DNA of 64,000 nt, from the NCBI GenBank assembly GCA_002633005.1, contig NMRA01000214.1, positions 165,316 through 229,315 of the forward strand. The letters run 5' to 3'. The position numbers and the translations under genes were made by a program. Every line of letters starts with the position of its first letter. Within the stretch, counting starts at the first letter, position 1. This document shows positions 11,146-24,779 of the stretch, piece after piece. The notes under the pieces were generated by a model that did not search any database, was not told where the DNA came from, and worked only from the letters and a program-made list of their open reading frames with translations. This DNA comes from Phoronis australis. Lineage: Eukaryota; Animalia; Phoronida.

Positions 11146-13559
11146 GTAAGTGATTCTTGTTTTTACAGTTGATGTGCTTAGGCGGCACAGCACTGAAAAA
11201 GTGGGAGCTATAGCCCATAAATGGGGTGAGCAAACCAATATGGCCAAAATTCAGCAAGAGTGAAATTTTGTCATTTTTCATGATTTTCACAAGCTGATAT
11301 CTATTAGCATGCTTAGTGGTGGAAAATGAAAAGTATGCCGGCGAATTATTTAAACTTTCTTCTTTCTAATGATATATATTACAACAAATTGGACATTAAT
11401 GAACATTTTTAAAAACTGAAGTAATGCGAGCACTTCACACATTTTTCTCTCACCGGTAAATTTTTGTGACTTACAGGAGGGGTCACACTTTGAGCTGCTT
11501 AATGGTCGTTACAAAACCAATTTTAATGATTTTTATATCAAACTGTTTGCAAAAAAATTCTGCTTTCAACCCTGAGTGTACACTTTATAGTTTTTTGATA
11601 AAAATATAAAAAATGTAGTTTTTTAATTTACTGCCTCACTCACTCACCTGGAAAATGCTGAAAGTGTACACTCGACGTCATAATCACCAATCATGTCCTA
11701 ATCCATTCCTCATCAATTTTTTTCACTTTATTTCTTCATGTCTATTTAGGAATACTTCCAAAAAGATTAACTCAGTCATTTTTCAAGAACCATGTTGACC
11801 TTTCCAGGGTGCAAACTGAACTCGAACCTGATTGGTAAGATGTATTAAACAGAACCAGTCAAAATTTTTAATTATAAAAAGTGGCCAATATTGATGAAAT
11901 ATCTTTAAAATAGTACAGAATATTTTTGAAATTCAAATTAAATAGTTTTGGGGATAGAGTCAGTCTTCTTTATAATCTTCAAAAATATTTCTTGTTACAC
12001 TTTTTCTACCTCGTGGCGCTGTGATCGGTTTCATTTTTAGATTTTTCATTAAAATAATTGTTTATTCATGGCTACAGTTCATCAAATTATTTTAGAACCC
12101 AAACATGTTCTTTTTGGATGGTCACCAACACAACACCTCTCAGTTCCAATATTATTTGATGGGCAATTCCATGAAACGTTCCACCTCAAGAGAAAAAAAT
12201 AAAATTACGACTACAATAACATTTCTGGTCACATCTGAAAGGCCAGTCCCTTTAATTTCAGGATCCATGTTTGTCTAGTCTATAACTTTCAATTTTTGCC
12301 TAAATGGCCCCATTATTGGGGGTCACTTAACCCTAAAAAATTGGCTCGATTTTCATGTGTCTTGCTAGTTATTGCCATAAATAAGCCAATTGTGGGTATT
12401 TCACTATTTTATCAAATTTGTGCAATTACATGAAGCCCAAACTCTATAAAAAAATAACATTTCAACTTTGGCACATCGCTGACCTCTTGGGGTCAAAGGC
12501 CAACTCCTGGATATCATGGTGTCGTATGTACGTCACAAAAAAGAGCTAAAAAGTTTATTTACGTTAAAAGTTTTAATTCAAAATTAAAATAATTTCAGAT
12601 TCTCTTCTAACTTATTACTCAATACTATTGAACAAAATTCTAGATCCCAGCGACTATTCGTTAAGTCGGAAATTGCGTGACAGACGTACAGCAAATTTGT
12701 ACGTCCGTCACGTACATCTGTCACACCCATGAAATCACAATTTTTCAGCCAATAAAAATAACCTTAGGTCTTATTTTTACTTTCTAAACTTGCTGAAAAT
12801 AAATTGTATCTCACATCTGAAAACCTTGAAACCATTAAATATTACAAAGATGGCTTTAAAATTAAGTAATTAAAGTTGGTACAGATTTTAACTTGATGCA
12901 TTGGTCTTTTGCAATCTCAAAGTTATTTGCAGAAAAGTTATAGTTTATAATGTCGTCTAATTATTCTTAGTATCTAATTCAACTTATTAAAATCAGATAC
13001 TTGGACCACATAAAATGTAAGTGAAACAAAATGTTAATGTAACGATCATATTGTTTTTCTGTTGCTGCCCCGTGTTTGTAAAGAAATGATAGCTTTTGGA
13101 AAATTCACGAGGCAATAATATTCATATACAAAAAATCCCAAGGTGCTTTAGAGTAAGAATAACAAGAGACCTAAAGAAGTATATGTCAAGTTACTGTTGT
13201 GCTTGAATCGACGAGTCATTTCTGCTCTGACCTGCTATGCTAAGTTTTATGGTAAAAAAACCAATACGGTAGCAACCTGTCACCTACTTTATTGAGTATT
13301 TTTGTCACACCATCACTGACTTTAGTCACTCTTTGTGTGTTTCTCATTGTTTTGGTGGCCTGTATGAAATGATTTCATACCAAATGATTACAGCGTCTCA
13401 TCTTACATATTTTTGATCTTGCACTCTTTTTAAGAATTAAACCAATTTTTTTTCTGCTCAGATTCAAGGAGATTAAAACGAAGTTCAGAAACGAAAGAGG
13501 AAATTGTTGGAAACCACAGGGAGAACAGATGCAACTGGGAGAAAAATAAATATCTCCTG

Positions 13560-13939
13560 GAATATTTTCACGAAAACAACAACGGTTTTAAAACTTGACA
13601 TGTTTCGGTGTCATTTATTAAACACCATCCTCGGAAGTCATAATACAGTGGCCACCTAGCTAGGCCCAGCAACAAGTAATGAAGCACAGATACAGTCAGT
13701 TACAGGGAGTGACAATGAACTAGACCAACAATGACAACCTGTGGTGTGTCAGTTGCCTATTGAGATTGGGTTTGCACCAATTGATATGTAAAGCCTCATG
13801 AATTTTAAGCTCCTTTGTTGTTACTGCCTGGTCTATTATTGCAAAGTCATTGAAAGAGCACTGCTGATAACAATGATTGGAGCTCTGCAGGTGAATATTT
13901 ACATGTGAATTACTGTCAGAATTTAGATGTTCCTTGGTC
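13560..13939 (-). mobile_element. Penelope-like retroelement 3' end (GIY-YIG endonuclease C-terminus, stop at 13720), running into an N gap
   Basis: KEHLNSDSNSHVNIHL...FAIIDQA...LKIHEALHINWCKPNLNRQ is typical of the PLE GIY-YIG C-terminal half; hammerhead motif just downstream. Confidence 0.85.
13593..13638 (-). ncRNA. Minimal type I hammerhead ribozyme motif (U4C variant, possibly inactive)
   Basis: Minus strand ACTT-CCGAGGA-T-GGTGT-loop-ACACC-GAAAC-AT-GTC-AAGT: stems I and II, palindromic stem III and GUC triplet. Confidence 0.7.
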
Positions 13940-14705
13940 NNNNNNNNNNNNNNNNNNNNNNNNNNNNNNNNNNNNNNNNNNNNNNNNNNNNNNNNNNNNN
14001 NNNNNNNNNNNNNNNNNNNNNNNNNNNNNNNNNNNNNNNNNNNNNNNNNNNNNNNNNNNNNNNNNNNNNNNNNNNNNNNNNNNNNNNNNNNNNNNNNNNN
14101 NNNNNNNNNNNNNNNNNNNNNNNNNNNNNNNNNNNNNNNNNNNNNNNNNNNNNNNNNNNNNNNNNNNNNNNNNNNNNNNNNNNNNNNNNNNNNNNNNNNN
14201 NNNNNNNNNNNNNNNNNNNNNNNNNNNNNNNNNNNNNNNNNNNNNNNNNNNNNNNNNNNNNNNNNNNNNNNNNNNNNNNNNNNNNNNNNNNNNNNNNNNN
14301 NNNNNNNNNNNNNNNNNNNNNNNNNNNNNNNNNNNNNNNNNNNNNNNNNNNNNNNNNNNNNNNNNNNNNNNNNNNNNNNNNNNNNNNNNNNNNNNNNNNN
14401 NNNNNNNNNNNNNNNNNNNNNNNNNNNNNNNNNNNNNNNNNNNNNNNNNNNNNNNNNNNNNNNNNNNNNNNNNNNNNNNNNNNNNNNNNNNNNNNNNNNN
14501 NNNNNNNNNNNNNNNNNNNNNNNNNNNNNNNNNNNNNNNNNNNNNNNNNNNNNNNNNNNNNNNNNNNNNNNNNNNNNNNNNNNNNNNNNNNNNNNNNNNN
14601 NNNNNNNNNNNNNNNNNNNNNNNNNNNNNNNNNNNNNNNNNNNNNNNNNNNNNNNNNNNNNNNNNNNNNNNNNNNNNNNNNNNNNNNNNNNNNNNNNNNN
14701 NNNNN
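13940..14705. other. Assembly gap
   Basis: Run of N. Confidence 1.
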
Positions 14706-17700
14706 AAGGCATGAGTTAAAGTGCTGCATGAAAAGCTAATCATACTGATCACTAATGAGAAACAGGCATGTTATAAGTTCTACATATTCCCAAATCATAA
14801 TTCTGAATGCATTGAATTTAAAATGTCTTGTTTTCTCACTGGAAGACAGCACCGGTATTTTGAATCAAAATATAAATGCCATAAGTTGATATCATCAAGA
14901 AACTAGGCTTCACATTTTGTTATAAGAAGATACTGAAGTCATGTTACTAATACTTTTAAAAACTTACCGTAATTATTACATGGGCATGCATCAGAACCAT
15001 CAATGACATGGACCAGAGAATAAGTTTGTGCAACCTTAGGGCAAGTTCTAATTAAAAAACATTTAATTAAAATGTGTTTTTATTACAATTATTGGTAATG
15101 TTTTGAACTTTATTATTGTTTTCAAATTTGTACTCTACTTAATACTTGAAAACAGTTTTCCTGGTAACCAACAGGTGTCAAGTACAAAATGATTGTCTCT
15201 CTCATTATCATCTACATTGCTAACCATCTTTGAAGGGAGGTGAGGGTTTTCAGGGGTTGTTTTATATCTTTAATCAAATGTATTGAAAAGTTAATATCCT
15301 AGAGTACATACCCGGCATAGGCCTACCAGTGATGATTGAATCAGTTGCAAAAGACCAATAAAGCTTAAATAGTTCAAAAGTTTGAATCATTCTCAATTGG
15401 CATCTTAGTCACAACAAACAATTTAATACTAGAAATTCAGAGAGTACGTCCGTCACGCATTCAACTTACATCAAGGTGTCTTACAAAAATTTCTTAAAGG
15501 ATATCATCAAAACATTAGTGTTTTTTACTTTTCAAACATTGAACTAAATCATCATATAAAACAAAAAATTGTAACCAAGTGCAACTCACAGAAAATTAAT
15601 GTTATTTTTTTTCTAAATTTCAAATTCTCTGCGTACGTCCGTCACACCCCTTTAAAGGCAATTTTCTCAGTCGGATAAAAAGATAGAAAAGTTGATACAT
15701 GATTTGAAAGCTATCAATGATACCTATCAATTGATGTATGAATTATTTTTCTAGGATGCAGTTTTTCCACAATTGATTTAAATGTTCTCTGATTGTACGT
15801 CCGTCACAAATGGAATTGCCCTGATAGGAATGAAATTGATTTAAAGTTCACTGAAATTTTAGGGTCCAATTTAATTTTGCATAATTAAAAATGCACATTA
15901 TCATTTTTTGTCATATGGTGTGCAACTTAAGATTGTGAAAATGTTGATCATACTTAGGAAAAAAGAATAATTCACATAACCTCTCAGGCAGAATACTCTG
16001 AAAAAGACTAAGTTTCTAGTTTTTGCTCTTTTTTGAATTCGTTTGTTATGCAAATTTCATTTTTAGACTTGTTTTAAATTTTTTGGAACAAAAGAAACAA
16101 ATCGCTAAACCACAAATAACGTAGAAAATAAATCCGAAACTAAAACTTGCAGTCCAGATCCTCTAAAGGATACACTTGTTTGTCGAAAAGTAGAATATAC
16201 ATATACACTAAACCAGAGTAATTCTTGAAGTGTTTTGTCATTTTCAAAGTAATAAATTGCTCCCTTTCCAAAAGTTCATCCCTTGTTCAACTTATCTTCA
16301 GGGGCAAAAATGTCCTGTCACAAGTGGATGGTGAATTTTTCAATGGTTTTGTTCTTGTTGGTGCAAAATATGATAGTTTGTGGTTTGGTGTCGATGCCAT
16401 GTTGTTAATCTGCTTGTAAAGGACTCTCCATCTTGTTTTAGGATCACAGTAAGCTATGGATTCCCAAACAGACATTTTCTGTGGCCTGAAATTTCTGGGT
16501 GCTGTTTGCTGAAAAAAGGCCATTTTTGAGACTAATATTTAAATAACTTGAAAACCGCCCAACTGATTTAAAAAATTCAAAAAGTTGAGTAAATGGCATT
16601 TCTAAAGCTACTGTTTAGGACTCTTTTTAAGTGTTTCTGATGAAATTTGTATTTTGGTTTGCTCACCCTACCATAAACCATGCGCGGTGCAGCACTGAAA
16701 AAAGTGGGGGGCTATAGCCTCCCCCCAGGCCTCTATGGTGCGCCGCCCATGATGTGGTTGGTAGCCAGCCAGCTAGCAGTATGAAGACTATCGTTGCAAC
16801 ATTGAGTGTACTGCTTTGCACCAAGGCTGTGTTGCTGGTTGCATTTTGGCTCAGGCACTGAACTCGCTTCACAAGTTTTAGGCATTACATTGCCTGTGTG
16901 CGCCGCCGCACACCCCCATAAAAAGATACTCATTTTATCATTGAATAACGTCGAATGAAGCCTGCATATAAATGCATTGAGTTATAATTAACACGTACCA
17001 TAGGAGACAATTTATGTTCACGAAAATCTGTCAAGTTTCACTCAAGCTTTTCTCGCTGGGTGCCATGATTGAGGAAGTTGTCAACACCATAGTTGAATCA
17101 GCATTCTCCAACTGGCACATGTTTTCTAGTAGCTAAGTATACAAAACTTGATGTAGGAGAAAATGCATGTAGTATTAAGATAAAGATCATAATTAAAGTG
17201 TATATTCCACTAATACATATTCAGAATCCAAGAGCGTTCAGCTATATCACGTCATCATGAACGTGATTGTTAACAATAGCACGTATGCGACATCTCCTTC
17301 ACAAACTTGAATGGTGTACAAAACGTCAGGGAGTCCTGCAGCATACAAGAGTCTCCAACGTAGAACAAAATCCTTGAAATGCTCAAGAAGTCTAATGTCA
17401 CTGTAACATTGGCTCTTCTTTGTCGTTTTTTTTTTGGTCGTGACCTACTACACCTGTAACAAGGCAAATAAATTTAATATACCACATTGGGATGAAGTCC
17501 ACAATGAAACTTTTGGATATCACAAATTTTGCACATTGCTGAGATTGCTAACACGCTTCAGCGTTACGTTTTAACGTAGCTGTTCGCAAGGGAAGAATGA
17601 TCAATCTGCCGCAAGTTATCACAGTTTGTGCTCACAGTGCCAGTCTTCATCTTTTATACTTTTAATGTTAGAGTGGCCATAATTTAGAAAGAATACCGTA

Positions 17701-17927
17701 AAAGACCATGATTTTCAGCCATATTAAAAACCAAGTTGCCGACAAGTGGTTCGAGATACCACCCATGTTCCACTTTCAGTTTGAGACTCAATATCTTAAC
17801 ATATGTATTCTTTACCAAGTTTGAAAAGTTCTAGCCATGCTTGTAATGTTCTGAGTATTTTTGGGGGAAATCTGAGCCGTGTTTAAAATCTTGAGCATGT
17901 TTGAGACTGTTTATTGCTGTATTTCAG

Positions 17928-19117
17928 GTACTGAGATAGGCAATGAAGATAGTTTCGAGTTAGAATTAAAACAAGAACCGGTCACTAATTCAGCTGCAGC
18001 CAAGCTTAGTGAATGTCTGATGGATAGCCAAAAAGTGGGTTATAATCTGGAATGTGATGGAGTTAACATCGGCGAGGATGCAACTCAGCAGAGTGGAGAA
18101 GAGTGTTACATTAAACAGGAAGTGATTGAAGACGAGGCCGATCAGGTAGAAGTTGGATATCTTGTTGCTGACTGTTTATTTCTACCTACAGAGTTCGAAA
18201 TAGAATGCGATGAGGATGACACTAGTGTGGAAGACGAGGCTGACAAACGATTTCCCATGATGCATGCTGGTATAACTGCTGACTCATACTTTGTTAGTGA
18301 ACAGTCATTGGATACAAGCAGCGATCTTGACCCACATAGGCATGAGAGACCATACAATCGCAGTTTGTGCGGAGAGTCTTTTGAAAGGAGGAGTCACCCC
18401 GCTGTGCACAACAGAATCCACGCTGGTGAGAGGCCATACAAATGTTGTGTGTGCGAAAAATCTTTTATTGAAAGTTGCGATCTCACTGTGCTCTCAAGAA
18501 GTCACAGCGGTGAGAGAGCATACACATGTAATGTGTGCCGAAAGTCGTTTAAGCAAATTCGTGGTCTTAATGTACACCCCAGAACCCATGCCGAATTGAC
18601 GCCATACAAATGTAGTGTGCGGAGTGGTAATCTTCATGCCCATAACGAAAGTCTCAGAAGTGAGAAACCATGCAAATGTGGTGTCTGTGGAAAATCATTT
18701 AAACAAAGTGGCAATCTAAGTGCGCAGAAGCAAAATCACACTGATGACAAACCATTCAAGTGTAGTGTGTGCGGAAAATATTTTAAACAAAACAGTCAGC
18801 TAATTTTGCACTTGACTACTCACACTAGTGAGAAACCGTACTCGTGCACAACGTGTGGACGGTCATTTAAACAGAAGTATGCTCTCGCGTATCACATGGA
18901 AATTCATACTGGCGTAAAGCGTTACAAGTGCAACGTGTGTGGAATGTCGTTCAAGAACCCAGCCGCTCTTGTTGTGCACTCCAGAATGCACATTGAGAAA
19001 CCATACAAGTGTGCAGTTTGTGGAAAAGTTTTTAAACGAATAGGCCATCTTCTTGTTCACTCGAGAACGCACAGCAGTGAGAGACCATACAACTGTGGTA
19101 TGTGCAAAAAATCTTAG
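17928..19117 (+). CDS. THAP-domain/C2H2 zinc-finger protein, exon 2 (acidic linker with KQE motifs plus about 10 C2H2 repeats, several degenerate)
   Basis: Acceptor atttcag|GT is phase 1 and joins exon 1 in frame (T+GT = Cys); TGEKPY-type linkers; spliced product about 535 aa (join inferred; an exon in the N gap cannot be excluded). Confidence 0.85.
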
Positions 19118-21047
19118 AAACAAAAGTTTGATCTTATTGTGCATTCAAAAACCCACACCGAAAATACTTCTTAGAAATGTAATGTTTGTAGAAAGTCTTC
19201 AATTATTCTTCTTAGGCACATTAGGATGCACGGTGACTGGTGAGAAATAAAATCAACGATGCCTTGCTGTGTTTCCCCGGGTTTTGAAAGGAGCTTGGTG
19301 GTGAATGATCCCAGTGGGATGGTAATGGTGATCCCTCATTGCCTGGGCTTCGAAAGGAGCGGGTGGTGAATGGTCGGGGCAGATGTGGAGCCCGGTGCCG
19401 CAATTAATTGTTGTGTAATCTCAGTGTATAAAAAGCTTTGCATCATTCTAATGTATTTCAATCACCATATAAACAGTTGCAGACACTCCAGGGCAGGACT
19501 ACTTCATAATTATTAAATTAATTCTCCAGCACTGAACAAAAGAGATATTTGAACCTGTTTAGACCTGATTATCTACGTTGTATAATTAAACTTCCCATAA
19601 TATCGTATTCTTGCCCACTGAGTTGGATCGGTGTTAGCCCACAGAACAGCGGACTCATTCCATGCAGACGACTACTGAGATAACTCGACTGGTCTATGGT
19701 TCATTTAACTACTGACTATATTTTGATCAATACAACTGAAGTTGTATGGTCTCTTTTGTAAACACGAACACACTAATATGAATAAAATTTACTGTTTTTT
19801 CACCCATTTCATCAGTGTTCACCGGCACTTCGCCATTGTAGATGTCGTTGCCTGGCCCTGACTATATTCAATTGCTGTTCATTGTCAGATAACCAGGCAG
19901 CGGGGATATTCTTGGTCTGTGCATTTCTGCCATTAGCTCATAAAAAGGCGAAAGTACATTGCAGCAGTGCACCTTTAAATTGCAACACTCTTCCAAAAAA
20001 GAATAATTCTAGTCAACTGACACCCAGTTGGGTAAAACATAACTCTATTCTTGCCCTTCGGGTTTCTGTTTCATGTTACAACTTTAATTACACCAAGTTT
20101 GCTGGGCACAACGTTTTGAAAAAAGGCACAGGTTCAAACCTGGTCAGGAATATCCCTGAGGCAGTATCGAATGTTGGTCAGGTCATTTAAGAGAATGCGG
20201 GAAAGGACATCGGGAGTAGCCTTGTAATTTGTGTATTGCGTAATCATTTTTACTAGCAATTTTTGCATAACGGTGAGTATTTCCTATCCATTTGGACATT
20301 ATGAGTGGCGGGCAGCCCAGATTTTTACGCTGCCTTGTGTGTGGAAAAATACTATCTTGTTCTGCGAATTTCATTGTTGGATTTGACGTTCTTGAAAGTG
20401 TATCATCATGGCACCATCGGGGAAGGAATAAAACAAAAAGTGCAACGGTGACCTGGCATCATGCATCACAGTATTTTATTTGCTTGTAAGAGGCGTAACG
20501 TGATCAAGAAGTTCATTCAACCAGTCCTTCGGCTCATTATCTTTGTTTTCTTGTTTCAAAACTTATAAGGTCCAATTCGATTTTTGTTTTTCACCATCTA
20601 AACTGTGAAATACAGCTTTAAATTGCCCAAGGTTGTACACGTGTCCATCTTCCCCCGAGCGGAGATGTACAAAAGTAATCTGACAAAATACTGTTTCACC
20701 ATCGTGGCGGCTAATTCTGTTGACAGCAATGACTGGTAATAACTATCAGGGCGGCAAAATTCTAACTGCAGAAGCCACCTCACTAACTTTCCTGTTTATT
20801 TAACTTCGTTCTTGATCATGAGATATGACTTCTGTGACAAATTCAGGTTCCAACACAGCCACTGTGACCGTGAATTCAGTCACTGTCTGAATTTTTTGCA
20901 TTTTGTAGCTAGACGGCACTTTTTTATTCTTCGTTGTATACAACATATTAATTTCAGTTGAGTACACATTAAAGGGTGGACTTCATAGGTCTTCCCTGAC
21001 ACACACACCAAAATCAAAATTCACGAATTTTATTTATTGTAATACAG

Positions 21048-21276
21048 GGGCCCGTCTAATCAAAGGTCTTAAGTCTGTTAGCAGCTGAGACGGTTGTAAG
21101 CGCATTAGTGTTAAGACAAGGATCCGATTTTTGTAAGAGCAAAATATTGATACTGATGTAAACACAAGCTGAATGCCATCTTCATGAAATGCCTTAAACG
21201 ACCCGTTGGCCAATAAAAATTCAACATACAACCATCTTAGTTAAGACCAGACATACGACCTGTGATAACACAGGGC
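21048..21276. mobile_element. Harbinger-like MITE
   Basis: Imperfect TIRs GGCCCGTCTAATCAAAGGTCTTAAGTCTG / GGCCCTGTGTTATCACAGGTCGTATGTCTG; CAG flanks. Confidence 0.5.
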
Positions 21277-22530
21277 CAGATGTATACAAATGTTACATGA
21301 ATTTTCTTTTCACAACTATGCAGTCGTGAGCAGACTTATTATCACAGGGTTCTCAACAGTCACATACCATGTGTAACGTGAAATACCAGATCAGCCACAA
21401 CCTCTAGTCCTTCACTGAGGTTATTTTTTTAAATATGACATGATTTCAGTTTGGAAACTAAGTTAAGCTCATTACGACACTTCTGGCAAGTTGCCAGGCT
21501 GTGTAATAACAGGCCAAAGTCTCCATGTGCAGTCTGAAACATCTTATTCAAGATCTTTGGTGTAACAAACTAACTTTATTTTTGAATTTTGAAAACAGGA
21601 ATGAATTTGTCGTTTATGACTGCAATCTGCACACCAAGCAGATGCATAACGTACGACAGCAATTATACCCAGTACATGGTTGAGCTGGCTTCACTGCCAC
21701 GTGGCACCATCTATCCTTTGATGTGCCAAAAACCCCAAACTGTGGTAACTTATCACTCATTTCTCATATACCCTGGCAAGTTTGACAGCAACGTAATTGC
21801 AACAAGGTTGTCTATTACTGTGGTAGGCTTTTTCAGCAACTAAGTTTCCATCAGTTGACAACTTTTTAAGAAAATTTTGTCGAACAGACATCAAGAGGAC
21901 AGCTCTGAACAGCTCATGTACAATATGAGACAGAACTAGTCCGATAAAATAGTTTTCCCTGTAATGGCTGCTAATTCAGTAAACAGCAAAAATTACTAAT
22001 ACAATATTATGGCATCAAACTCTAATTACAGAATGGCTTAGCTGCCTTACTAAATTTCCCATCAATTCCCCCATCATCTGTCTTCCAGACGTCTGAGGGA
22101 CGTCTCGACAAAACTCAGTATCTGCACTCCATTACCCCAACAAGACATCCGAGCATTTTGACTAGGCAAAATCTATAATTTAGACCAAGGTTACTTGGTT
22201 GAGAATGGACTACATTTCAGTCACAAAGTCACAACAGGATCTTACATAGTCTGTGAGATGGTCAATGTTATTCATGATGCACCATCGATTTCCAAAGTAT
22301 CGTGCAGCACAAACTACGAGTAGTAACAGAACCAGATATGAATGCCCAGAGGTGAAATGACTAAGTAACATCCATGGCAATATTCGCCATGTTTTGGGTA
22401 TCATCACTGTACCTATAGCACTGTAACTCCACACCTCAGATCTTCTCTTTTAAACAGCGCACAAAGAGTTCTCCATCTCTCAACACACGAGGCTTTCCTT
22501 CGCGAACCACAAACATATGTGGACAAGCCT

Positions 22531-22764
<234 letters not shown>

Positions 22765-24183
22765 TTAGGCACCTTTCTTCTTACGATGATTTTTCACTTG
22801 TTTAGCATACAACATGGCTGACAAGTGAAATTCTATGTTGTGAAAATTTGCTAAGTTATTGCCATCGTAATTTCTCCCTTATTCAGCATGGCTAACCAAT
22901 GAAATTCTATTCTATCAAAATTTTCCAACAGTGCTTGATTTAGTGACCTGCAGATCTACAGTACAACTTCAGGTTGTGTTTGGTGACTTCCACAAAATCA
23001 CCACAGTGACAATCAAAGTCAAACATTTGTGGTGACTTCCCAACTTCAGTTAACCAACAGTTTATTAGCCAGATTCAATGCCTTTGGTTCACAATTGTGC
23101 ATTTGCAACCCTCTGCAGCTAGCAAACATCAAACACGCTTAAATTACAACACGAAGTAAACAGACGTCAAGAATTGGACAAGATCGGCCCACACCTCCAG
23201 TGTCCATAATTGTCTGCGTTCTGTGTTTGTAGGAGGAACTGAGTCAGATACTGAATGGTGTATATTTATACAGGGAAACATACAGAAGAGGCATGCGTAA
23301 TTTTTTGAGAATGGAGTACCGCACCTTCATTTTATCGACAATTCCGATGTCAGATTTCATTTGGCGACCAGGGGTTTTCACAAAGTCGCATCTGGCAACT
23401 TGCCATCAAGCCAAGCGTTGAGCGCTGTCCTAGCTAATGTGGCAATTCTTCACTTATTTAGCATACAACATAGTCAACAAGTGTTAAATTTCTCCACAAA
23501 AGTAATAATTAAGGCCATTTTAATCTATTACAAGCACGGTTTGCAATGTGGAGATGCATAAAACTGAAACTCCCGTTATTTGCACACAAGTAATCAGCAT
23601 TTGAAAAATGGAAACTGACCGTTTTGGTAAAGGTTGGCGTGTGCGAAATAAGTGAAAATTACCACATGACACTCTGACGCCTTTCAAATTTCACCGCATT
23701 CTTTGCAGGTATTAAGATCACTCAGGTTCGTGCTCTACTGTGGTGATGTACACAAATAAAGTAATGCTTCACACAGTTTGGCTGACGATTCTCAATACAC
23801 CAGAGAATCAACTGGCTTCAGTCTTTCAGCTAAAAATCAGTCTATGGATGGCTTCATGAAAACGGGCCAAGGCTGAAAGTCAGAAAATCTGTCTGCAACT
23901 CTAACTCAAAAGACGAAATTCTGTAGGTTGCTCAACTACACAGAACACAAAGCGTGTAGAGACAAAAAAAATCAATCTTTGACTGTTAATAGTCAGATTT
24001 CTGACTTTTAGCTGAAGTCAAAAGACAAAAGCCAATAGTCACTCCGAGAAACGGAGTCCTGTGCAAGGAACCCCGCCGGTAGCAAGCTAGCAATGACCAA
24101 GGTGCATTCCACATGGTGAACAATGCCAAGTGTCAAAATGGCAAGTCACAGAGAACCTGCAATTTGAGAACCAGTTTTCTTCA

Positions 24184-24384
<201 letters not shown>

Positions 24385-24779
24385 TCAACATTAAAAGGAC
24401 ACAATTAAAAGGTGACTATTAAGGGACATTGTTACAATTATAAAAAGTACGACACTTTGCAAATGTACAGAAAAACCTAGTCAAATACGCACAAAAATAT
24501 TTGTTGAATTACTTTCTTCATTTTTTAAGGTCTTCCAATGTGAATGGTCACATTTTTTTCAAAAAACATTGTTCAGTGATAGCTAAGGCAACAACTTTAG
24601 CATGGTAAACTATGAATTTTAGGTGCTGCAATAACTTTTAAGGCAAAAATTAAAATTCGTTTGTCTGCTGTATTATGCCTTAAAATGATGACGCTCTTGC
24701 GTCAGAAAAAGAAATTAAGTACTTTAGCTTGTTCACAGGTCAGCCACAGAAGTCCATAGAGATTAATACCAACCATAAT

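Larger units (their letters stand above)
12161..15821. mobile_element. Non-autonomous DNA transposon, Sola-like (4-bp TSD), nested in 11222-16670
   Basis: TIR GGGCAATTCCA...TGGAATTGCCC; TSD TGAT on both sides; repeated internal motif GTACGTCCGTCAC near 12699, 15443, 15632 and 15795. Confidence 0.75.
11222..16670. mobile_element. Non-autonomous DNA transposon with hAT-like TRGGG termini
   Basis: TIR T(G/A)GGGTGAGCAAACCAA at both ends; direct flanks CCATAAA (11215-11221, 16671-16677). Confidence 0.75.
11178..16751. mobile_element. Short MITE split by later insertions (11178-11221 and 16671-16751)
   Basis: Both parts carry GCACTGAAAAAGTGGG...GCTATAGC; ends GGCGGCAC and GTGCGCCGCCCATG; related end at about 53990-54022. 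Confidence 0.55.

Noticed and set aside
10728-11153. THAP ORF as the start of a P-element/THAP9 transposase
   Set aside because: No transposase catalytic exons were found downstream, and the in-frame splice to the C2H2 exon explains it better.
13905-14752. Long ORFs of 260-330 aa in the ORF track
   Set aside because: Artefacts of translating through N runs; only 13720-13939 is real (Penelope). The same applies at 33669-33956 and 53528-54136.
19115-19174. TAG recoding or alternative genetic code
   Set aside because: The other genes read with the standard code, and the neighbouring fingers are degenerate, so nonsense mutation is the simpler explanation.
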